Under the pieces are notes generated by a model. It was not told the DNA's origin. It searched no databases and was given only the letters and a program-made list of their open reading frames with translations. Source: Chrysochromulina tobinii (Eukaryota). From it: 33,660 nucleotides of DNA. This document shows positions 9,578 to 18,064 of the stretch, one piece after another (position 1 is the first letter of the stretch; every line of letters starts with the position of its first letter). The stretch lies in contig JWZX01003164.1 in assembly GCA_001275005.1 (NCBI GenBank), positions 1 through 33,660 on the forward strand, written 5' to 3'. The position numbers and the translations under genes were made by a program.

Positions 9578-12500
9578 TTAAGTTGTCGAAATGCCATCCG
9601 CATCCCGCTCGGCCGTTAGCTCCTTCCGCTGCTTCTGCGCATCGACCATGCGCATATTTTGCTGCTCCACGATGGCTGGCTCCTCGTCTGCCGTCGCTTG
9701 CAACAATCGCTTCTCCGCCTGCAGCTTCTGCCTCTGGTAGTCTGCTTCAGCCTGGTGCTTTCGCACATTCGCCTGCACTCTCGTGGCGGCATCGTTCTCT
9801 ATTTTGCTATGGTCGGGGTGCACCCCAGCGTCCGTCTTCTCCTCCTGCACCACGGCGGCTGGCTCCTCGTCTGCCGTCGCTTGCAACAATCGCTTCTCCG
9901 CCTGCAGCTTCTGCCTCTGGTAGTCTGCTTCAGCCTGGTGCTTTCGCACATTCGCCTGCACCCCCTCGACGGCGTCGTTCTCCTTCTTGCTCGGGTCCGC
10001 CTTGACCTCTGTATGAGGGAGGGCGGCGGCCACGGAGGGCGAACGACTGGCCTCCAGGCGAACGAATCGCCACTTTGACTTATCCACGACACGCTCCCAG
10101 TATGCGTCGCCATCCCTAGCGATCTGCTCCAGCTGCTCGAGGCGGCCACTGTCCTGAGTCATGTGCTCATTATTGTAGAGCCTGAAAAACTCGAGCTTCG
10201 TACACTGCTTCTCAACAAGCCACGCCGGTGGCACCGTGCCGGTCAATTGGTTGTTGGTAAAATCCACTTTTTCGAGCGCCTGGCAGTTTGCGAGCGTGTC
10301 CGGAATTGCACCGCTCAGCTGATTGTTGTTGAGGAACAATTCCTTTAGCTTCATCAGGCCCGCGTCCTTGTGCAACCGCTTGAGCTCGTCAAGCCGTGCC
10401 TCATCCTCTTTGCCCATCTTGGAGCCGCTATTCTTTGCCTCTTCTTTCCGTTTCGTGAGATCTTTCATCTCCTCCTTCTCCCCGCCCGACAGGCCACCGA
10501 ACCTAGATGGGATGCTGCCCTTCAGCTTGTTGTTGTCCAGACAGAGGCGCTCAAGGTTTTTGAGCTCGCCGAGCTCTGCAGGCAGCTCGCCAGTGAGCTC
10601 GCAGTAGTTGAGGCTCAAGTTTTTGAGCTTCGTCATGAATTTGAAGGCCCTCGGGATCATACCTTTGAGGCTATTATAGCCCAGATGCAGGGTCTCCATT
10701 TCTATACAGGTCGCGAGCTTCTCTGGGAGCGTGCCGTGCAGTCCACGGCCCTTGAGGTTGAGCGTACGCAGCCGGTGGCAATGGAGCTGCTGGTCCCGCC
10801 GGGCGATGAGCAGGTCGTGCAGCGAGCAGTCCTTAAAGTCGTTCATCTTTGTCTGCCGCGTCAAATCCTTGATAGCAGGCCAATGTTTGCCCTTTTCCCC
10901 CTTCCACGTTTTCTGCCATGCAGCCGAATTGCCTGCCAGCGAAAGCTCAAGTAGCGGGCACTCGTCCTTCTGCAGCAGCTCTTGTAGCATTTTTTGCAGC
11001 TTCTCCCGAAGCCCATCGGCGAGCGTTGAGTTGGAGCACTTGAGGTGGAGCACAACGCCCTCACCCGCGCGACGAAGTGCTTGCTCAGTGAGCTTGCCCT
11101 GATGCTCAACCGTCACCGGCTCGAGAGCACCGAGGATGCGCGCTCCCTTGTACAGCACGTGAAGATCGTGCTTGAGGTCAAAGAGTGGCTTGACGTGCAG
11201 CTGCAGCTCGGCGATGATCCAATCCGAATCCTCGAGCTTGAGCCACAGGTTGAGAAGGATGTCGCGGTTCCCACCGGCTTTGATTGCGTCGTAGTCGGGA
11301 TTGATGCGATCCTTGGCGCGGCAGACAATTGCGCGAGACAATTGATCCGAGTCCCCTTGATAGCCATCGTGGTCATCGTCGGTCGAACGTTGCAGCTCGC
11401 CGTCGGCGCCGCTGGTGAGGAAGCTCAAGGCGACAGCCATCGCGTGCAGGGACGGAAAGACAAGGGTGCAACGCACGAGGTCGCAAAGCTTCCTGTAGTT
11501 GCCGGCATATTCTTCAGCAACCTTGGCGCAGCAGCGCGGTACGCCCTTGATTGAAGCCCCCCCCTCGTCTGTCACCTTGTCCTTCGCTTTTGGGCACGTT
11601 TTTTCAACATGCGTCTTAACCGCGTCCATAACCTTCTCGAGCACTGGAACGGCTTTCTTCGCCTTGTGGATCAACGCCAGCAGAGTGTTGAGAGCATCGT
11701 CGGCGCCGGCGCCACTGGGTTGCACCATATCCACCTTGAGCTTGTTCACCTCTTTGCAGCGCACCTTCATGTACTCGAGTGCGTCTTCCGTGATTGCCGG
11801 TGCGCCCTCCTCGATGCGCTGCTTCTCGTCTTTGCGCAGCTTTGCGTACGCTGCGTTGAAACGGAAGACCGACTGGTTGAGGAGCGGCCTGTACTGCGAG
11901 ATCGCGTTGTCACGCCGTTCAGGGTAGCTCTTCTCCATCTTCTCCAAGTCCTTCCTCTTCTCCGAAATTTTCTTCTCGAGCTCTGTGATGTCTTCGTTGT
12001 GATGAGTACGGTCTTGCTCGCGCATCAACTCCGTGCCCATTTCCTTCATCTCCTTGAGCTGATGCGCGAGTTCATTGATGGTGGTCCTCATCCGAGTCTG
12101 CGCGTTGAGCATCGCCGAGCATTCTTCCACGCACAATGCCACAGGCGCAACGGACTTGCTCAGGTTGGACGGATCGAAGTGTTTGAGCAGCGTGTCAGCA
12201 TTCAGAGGGTCGGGTTCCACTTCCTGCTGCTGCTCTTCCACCTTCGGCGGTTGATGTTCACCGTCTCGCGAGGAGGCGTCGGATCCTTTGACTGAGTGCA
12301 AGGCCACCCAAGTCTTGTCCTGAACCGAATGGTCGAAGAGGAACAGCTCGTCTCCTTCCTGGAGCTCCTTTTCGAATTCTTTGTGATGCGATCGGTCCAC
12401 TTGACCCGGAAGGACCTGCCCGTTCGCCGCGTCCGGGAACATGTTGTCAAACTCTTTGCGTACGAAGCCCGCGTTGACATCCCGCCCTGTTTCGAGCGCG

Positions 12501-13873
12501 CGCATGCGGCCTCGGCTGTACACCATCTCCCAGGGCGCAAAGCAGCCGCAGACAAAGACCTGGTAGTTGTGGCTCGTGCGCGCGCGACGCATCACTTCTC
12601 TCAGGAACTTGTGTGGATCTTTGCCCATTGTGTCGTAGACGACATGGTAGCCAGCGACGAACGCACGATCAACAAAGGCGTCCGTCATCTCCTTCTTTTT
12701 GAACGGCTGCCAGAGCATCTTCTTTCGCACGAGGAACTGCGAGCGCATGGTGGCGCTCGAGAGCGCCAGGTAGTGACCGTCGACAGAGAACCCGTCCTCT
12801 TGGAACTGGCCGTCGGGCGAAATCCACTTTGTAGGCTTCAGCCGGTCGCCATACTCCTCCTGCACCGACTTCAACTTCGCTGCGTGAGCCCCGGAGATGC
12901 ACAGGCGGTACTCGCGGCAATACATGCGGCAATCATCGGGGTCGAGGTGGACAAATTCCTCCGGCGACCATCGCTTGAGCCTGTATAGCTCCTTGAGCGC
13001 GTAGCTCTTGCCGCATCCAGGCGGGCCATACATTATGATCAGCCGCGGCCTGTCTTTCTGAGGAGCCTGTTTCCCCTTCGTGACGTCCGTGTAGTACTTC
13101 TCCGCATCCTCAAGATCTTCGACGATGTCGATCGCGCCGCCTAATTGAGTCGCGGCCTCGCTTAGGTCGACGATGGAGTAACGTGCGAGGTGCACCACAG
13201 CGTCCGTCTTCTCCTCCTGCACCACGACGGCTGGCTCCTTGTTTGCCGTCGCTTGCAACAATCGCTTCTCCTCCGTCTCCGCCTGCAGCTTCTGCTTCTG
13301 GTAGTCTGCTTCAGCCTGGTGCTTTCGCACATTCGCCTGCACTCTCGTGGCGGCATCGTTCTCCTTCTTGCTCGGGTCCGCCTTGACCTCTGTATGAGGG
13401 AGGGCGGCGGCCACCCTGGGCGGCTGCCCGCTTGCTGCCGCTGGCGACGCCCTGGTGATGCCCACGAGCTCAGTCAGCTGCCGGTTGGGTTGCTGCTGAT
13501 CGTCCAGCTTGCTGCGCAGCTCATCGAGCATGCTGCGCAGCTCACGCTTGCCACGTTCGGATTCGTCGAGCTGTCCCTGCAGCTCTCGATTCCGCCCCTC
13601 CAGCTCCTGCACCCGTGCCTGTAGAGCCTGAAACGGTCCTGAGGCATTTGCGACCCCGACGGTGAAGTCGTTGCCGTCAATTGACTCGCCTTCGATGCGG
13701 CGCAGCGCTCTCACCGGCTGGGATGGAAATAGATCGAATTTTGCAAAATCGACAACTTGCCGCACGCGATCGGGCAGTTTCCCAGTCCAACGCCTCAGGA
13801 ACGCTTCGTCGCGCGCGTATTCGCGCGCGCCGCCGCCGCGCTCATCGGTTGCTTGAGGCTCAATTGCGTCCAT
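9578..13873 (-). CDS. Large multidomain protein: coiled coil + IQ-like, zeta-toxin-like P-loop kinase, RelA/SpoT-like nucleotidyltransferase, LRRs, IQ-like repeats
   Basis: Uninterrupted ORF, first in-frame ATG at 13873 (start uncertain). Kinase motifs IIMYGPPGCGKS..LDPDDCR..VVYDT..R..TGR. Nucleotidyltransferase motifs K..R..K..DLVR..GNRD..ELQLH. LxxLxLxxNxLxGxIP repeats. Confidence 0.8.
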   Translation of the reverse strand: MDAIEPQATDERGGGAREYARDEAFLRRWTGKLPDRVRQVVDFAKFDLFPSQPVRALRRIEGESIDGNDFTVGVANASGPFQALQARVQELEGRNRELQGQLDESERGKRELRSMLDELRSKLDDQQQPNRQLTELVGITRASPAAASGQPPRVAAALPHTEVKADPSKKENDAATRVQANVRKHQAEADYQKQKLQAETEEKRLLQATANKEPAVVVQEEKTDAVVHLARYSIVDLSEAATQLGGAIDIVEDLEDAEKYYTDVTKGKQAPQKDRPRLIIMYGPPGCGKSYALKELYRLKRWSPEEFVHLDPDDCRMYCREYRLCISGAHAAKLKSVQEEYGDRLKPTKWISPDGQFQEDGFSVDGHYLALSSATMRSQFLVRKKMLWQPFKKKEMTDAFVDRAFVAGYHVVYDTMGKDPHKFLREVMRRARTSHNYQVFVCGCFAPWEMVYSRGRMRALETGRDVNAGFVRKEFDNMFPDAANGQVLPGQVDRSHHKEFEKELQEGDELFLFDHSVQDKTWVALHSVKGSDASSRDGEHQPPKVEEQQQEVEPDPLNADTLLKHFDPSNLSKSVAPVALCVEECSAMLNAQTRMRTTINELAHQLKEMKEMGTELMREQDRTHHNEDITELEKKISEKRKDLEKMEKSYPERRDNAISQYRPLLNQSVFRFNAAYAKLRKDEKQRIEEGAPAITEDALEYMKVRCKEVNKLKVDMVQPSGAGADDALNTLLALIHKAKKAVPVLEKVMDAVKTHVEKTCPKAKDKVTDEGGASIKGVPRCCAKVAEEYAGNYRKLCDLVRCTLVFPSLHAMAVALSFLTSGADGELQRSTDDDHDGYQGDSDQLSRAIVCRAKDRINPDYDAIKAGGNRDILLNLWLKLEDSDWIIAELQLHVKPLFDLKHDLHVLYKGARILGALEPVTVEHQGKLTEQALRRAGEGVVLHLKCSNSTLADGLREKLQKMLQELLQKDECPLLELSLAGNSAAWQKTWKGEKGKHWPAIKDLTRQTKMNDFKDCSLHDLLIARRDQQLHCHRLRTLNLKGRGLHGTLPEKLATCIEMETLHLGYNSLKGMIPRAFKFMTKLKNLSLNYCELTGELPAELGELKNLERLCLDNNKLKGSIPSRFGGLSGGEKEEMKDLTKRKEEAKNSGSKMGKEDEARLDELKRLHKDAGLMKLKELFLNNNQLSGAIPDTLANCQALEKVDFTNNQLTGTVPPAWLVEKQCTKLEFFRLYNNEHMTQDSGRLEQLEQIARDGDAYWERVVDKSKWRFVRLEASRSPSVAAALPHTEVKADPSKKENDAVEGVQANVRKHQAEADYQRQKLQAEKRLLQATADEEPAAVVQEEKTDAGVHPDHSKIENDAATRVQANVRKHQAEADYQRQKLQAEKRLLQATADEEPAIVEQQNMRMVDAQKQRKELTAERDADGISTT
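9826..10033. repeat. ~210-bp intragenic repeat (copy of 13198-13412; a partial third copy at ~9668-9798)
   Basis: Near-identical nucleotide copies encoding VAAALPHTEVKADPSKKENDA..VQANVRKHQAEADYQ..QEEKTDA. Confidence 0.9.
13198..13412. repeat. N-terminal copy of the IQ-like intragenic repeat
   Basis: Matches 9826-10033 apart from a 9-nt indel and a few substitutions. Confidence 0.9.
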
Positions 13874-14200
13874 CCAACGAAAGATCACGGAAGGCGGTGT
13901 GAACGTTACCGGTACATGTATCGGTAGCGCGATACACGCGCTGTCTTCAATAGTACCGAGGGCGGGAAAAGCGGGGAGAAGTTCCTGGAAGACTCCTGGA
14001 AGTACATTTAAGGAACGGTCCGACGGTTACGTAAGATCTTCCGTCGTACCTACAGTTTGTGGCCTTTGCCCCCGGCATGCATGATTCGGATCCGCTTTCA
14101 ACACGTTTCGTGAGAATTGTCGGTTTCGTGCATTCGTGTGCGGCTCCGCCTCGGCGGGCTCCTTAGACTCCTTAGCAGCGTGTGACGGCCACTGCTTCAG

Positions 14201-16466
14201 ATGGCGGCGCCCGATCTGGCAAGGCACCCGACCAGCAAATTCTCCCATGGGAGAACGTTGATCACTCAGCTAGAGACCGAGCCGAGCGCCTACGTTCAAT
14301 CCTACCTCGCCGCCGCCGGGCCACCTACAGAGATGTACATGGATGCGCTACGATCTGGCGGCAGCCTCAACATATTGCCATACGGGCGCAAGGGCCATTG
14401 GCCGGAAAGGCGCTTTGAGCAGTCTCTGGCGAAGGTGATGGCTCCACAACCACTGATCAACCATCCTCAAACGGTGTCGGCACCATCTATCGGGAAGCAC
14501 GCCGCCAGACAGGTCTCGACTGAACCAGCTGTTGGCAGGCACAACGTGTCGAAGAAGACTGCCCTCGTACCATCGGCCTCCATGCCAGCTCACAAAGACC
14601 GTGACGGTGATGTTTCAGTCGTACTTTCGAAGAACGACCGACACTCGCACAGCCTCCTTGAGCGCATCGATGAGCTCCGTGTGCAGCGCGGAGGTGCTCC
14701 AAAGATGCTGACGGCACTCTCGCATGCGGGGGCGAAATGGCTCAAAGTCAAGCAGCAGGGGGTTGCTTCGATCGCAGCGCTGCGCGTGCTGCGGGACGAC
14801 ACCCTCCAAGGGGCGTCTCGAGGGGCGTCCAGGGATCGCATTCTACGTCCGCTACTGATGCGCAAGGAGCTGCTCAAGCTCAGCGCGAGCGCCCCCAATT
14901 GGTGGAAGATGCCAGAAACGTCCGTGGAGGCCGCCGAGCGCTTCGATACGAAGCACCGCGCAAGAAGTGCAAGGGCAGACCAGCTGTGCATACTCTCGCG
15001 CAAGGCGACAAGCCCTCGCGACGCGCTGGCTCTCAAGTTTGACGAAGCTTTATTCGCCGTGCGCACCAATCGCTACTTTGAGCTCCGGGCTGTTGCACCT
15101 GCCGAGAAGGTGATCCCTCGTGCGCGCAGACCCAAGGAAGGGAAAGTGATCGAGCCCAAGCCCTTTGATGTGTACAAGAGCATCTGGGAGCCGAGACGCA
15201 AAGACGCCGATTCGAGAGACGTGTACGACACGGACGAGGTGGAATTTAATCGCTTCAGCATCGATTGGGAGGAGCTCCTCAGACTCGGCATCACCAAGCT
15301 CATATTAATGCACGACGATGGCGGCGACGACGGGGTCGAGGATGAGGACGGTGATGGAATCCCGGACGAGGTGGAGGACGTGGGCATGGTGCTGTGGAAG
15401 ATCCACGATGTGCTGAGCAGCATCTACACGTACTACTCAATTCAGAGCGGCAGCATCTCCGATGGCATCGGCCTGAATGCATGGACGGACTTTACCGATG
15501 ATTTCAACTTGGTCTCCAAGACGAGCCAGTTTTGCCAGCGCAAAGACGTCGACTTGATCTTCATCGAGGTGAATGCGAAGTCCAAGTTGGCCGCGCGCGA
15601 GATTAAAAAGCAACCGTCCACGCGCGAGCTCGCAGTAGACGGTGGCGGCGAGCTCTCCCTTTCGCGCCTAGAGTTCTACCAGGCCCTGGTGCGCCTGGCG
15701 ATCTGCAAGTATGTGAAGGGCGGCGAAATCCCGGACGTTTCGGATGCGGTCGAGCGGCTGGTCTCCACCGACATCATGAATCGAGCTATCGCCCTTGAGT
15801 CAAGGAATCGAGAGCATCTCGTCGTCGACGCCAACCTCTTTCGAGCGCGCTATGCCTACACAAAGCCAGTCTGCACGGTGCTCGAGGCAAACTTGCCATC
15901 GCTCGAAACTCTGTACGACGCGCTCTGCAACAGAAGTTACGCCCGCATGAAGCCTCGAGGCTCGAAGGATCGACTCGCAGTGGGAGAGTGGTTGGGCTTT
16001 CTCGTACGAATCGAAGCTCATCGGCAAAGATATTTCGGAGCGCGATGCCATGTTGTGCTTTGCCTTTTCCAGAATGGTCGTTGTGGACACTAGAACAGAG
16101 ATTGGAAAGCGGCGCGACGCGATGATCCAGTTCCAAGGCTTTATGGAGGCTTTGTGCCGTGCCTCGACGCTGAAAGCCCTGCCGACGGCGGCCGAGCTCA
16201 AGGCAGCAGGTTGCGACAACGCGCCTCAGTGGATCGAGGAGAATCACGACAAGTACATGGCCATTCTGAGCACGCGGGGAACGCCATGGGGCATCGATCC
16301 CGTTCGGCCAGTTGAAGAATCGCTGCAGATGGTGCTTGATATTGTGCACCATGCGGTCGCGAAGACGACCTCAAGCGCCCAGGCTGGTGACATCTCAGTT
16401 CGCAGTCGCGTCGTCTCGACAGAGCAGGCCATGCGATTTGTGACGAAGCTCAAGGGAAGGGGTTAA
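14201..16466 (+). pseudogene. Uncharacterised helical/EF-hand-like protein interrupted by a 1-nt frameshift near 16004 (pseudogene or assembly error)
   Basis: First frame reads ...GEWLGFL and continues in the next frame as (YES)KLIGKDISERDAMLCFAFSRMVV...FQGFMEALCR, which echoes the earlier LSRLEFYQALVRLA segment. Confidence 0.6.
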
Positions 16467-16666
16467 GGCTTGAACCAGCCGTGTGACAACCGCGGAACTG
16501 CTATCCGGGAAAACAGAGCTACAGCCATGGAACACTTCATGACACTTTCAACCGAGGGAGCGAGCATGCATTCCTCTTTTATCCTGTGAGCTGTGTTAGA
16601 AAAATACGATTTCGTTCATGTTCACTTTTCGTAGGGAAGTTGCTGGAGGCCGCCAGGTCAGACACG

Positions 16667-17698
16667 ATGCATCGGCTTCTTGTTGTATTACAAGCCATTG
16701 CACCAGCAATCGGGTACCATGAGTCATACTGGAAATCGTCAGATGGATCACCAAGGCCAGTGACAGTGCCGCAGAGAGAGATTTCGGAGGTGCGCAAGCA
16801 GTACATGCCAGATAGTCCTAAGTGGCGGCGTCTGCCCAAGTCATTTGTAATTGAGCCGAGCTCCTGCGCGAATGCAAGCGGCACGGCGGTGGGTGCATTT
16901 TCCGCTCGCTACAATTTTGGTTGGACAAAGGCCGAATCAAATGTCCACAACATAGCACATCAAGCAGCACAGTCTGCGGTCCGTTCGTTCAGTCCGCAGC
17001 ATTACTACCAGGACCCGCTGCACCGCGCGTCAGCGTCGGGGATGGGATCGGATCTGGGCGTGCACACAGAGGCCGACCGCACCTGGCTCATCGAAATCAT
17101 CCGACGATTTAATGTGACGACCATGATCGACGTGCCATGTGGCGATGTCAATTGGCAACTGGGTGCTTGGGAGACTGACTCGCTCACCGCGTACATTGGT
17201 CTCGACATTGTGCCGCATCTGATCGAGCTCAACGCTGCTCGCTTCGCGCACCATTCCAACAAGCAATTTGCGCCGTGGGATTTTGCGGCATGCGCACTGC
17301 CTCAGATTGTTTGGCCGAAGGAGAGCCCACAATCCCCCGACCTGGTACATGCTCGTCACGTGCTCAACCACATGCCAACTGCCCGTGCTGCCAAAGCCGC
17401 ATACCACCTGGTGACGAGCGGCGCGCGCCTGGTGGTTACAAGTGGCGCCTACACCGAGCAGAAGCAACGGCCAGCAGCGCAAAAGAATGTGCGAGAGGGC
17501 GAAATGTGGGAAAATAACATGGCAGCAGCACCGTTCTTTTTCCCTGCTCCGACTTCGTGCAACAATTTCGGCATGTGCGCTTGGGAATTTGATGACGAAT
17601 CCAGGGCCCTGTGGAAGGCTCGTTTCCGAAAGCTCTCTCGTGAGAAAGAAAATGGTGGTCAGCTCTCCCTGAAGAACAGCTCGAAGATCGCGCACTGA
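16667..17698 (+). CDS. Class I SAM-dependent methyltransferase with signal-like leader
   Basis: SGMGS, MIDVPCGDVNW (motif I), YIGLDIV, DLVHARHVLNHM. Hydrophobic N-terminus MHRLLVVLQAIAPAIG. Confidence 0.8.
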   Translation: MHRLLVVLQAIAPAIGYHESYWKSSDGSPRPVTVPQREISEVRKQYMPDSPKWRRLPKSFVIEPSSCANASGTAVGAFSARYNFGWTKAESNVHNIAHQAAQSAVRSFSPQHYYQDPLHRASASGMGSDLGVHTEADRTWLIEIIRRFNVTTMIDVPCGDVNWQLGAWETDSLTAYIGLDIVPHLIELNAARFAHHSNKQFAPWDFAACALPQIVWPKESPQSPDLVHARHVLNHMPTARAAKAAYHLVTSGARLVVTSGAYTEQKQRPAAQKNVREGEMWENNMAAAPFFFPAPTSCNNFGMCAWEFDDESRALWKARFRKLSREKENGGQLSLKNSSKIAH

Positions 17699-18064
17699 GC
17701 AACCATTCAGATCTACCGGATGCATGAGATGCACTGGAACCATGGCTGGACGACAGATTTGACATTCTTCGTGTACTAGACAGCGCCTAGGACCGCTGTT
17801 TGACGTCGTACTACTTAGTATGTAGTGGGAATCTAACAATAAATAATCGAGAAATACGACGACGGAACGCGCCGGCGTGCTGCGTGCGTGTGCTGTACCT
17901 GTAGTGCACTGAGATGCGTGCACACTGCGCGGCCGCGCAAACGAACAACAACCAGAGCGGTGGTGCTGCGCCGCCGACTGCGCGGGGCCCGGGACATTCG
18001 GCGTCGCGAGTCGCTTACCGGTCGCTTACCGGTTACTCCCCATTCGGTGTCGCGAGTCGGCCGA

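Noticed and set aside
13690..13800. YEATS-like domain at the N-terminus of the LRR protein
   Set aside because: Only a faint resemblance (VVDFAKFDLFPSQPVR), too short to support without a profile search.
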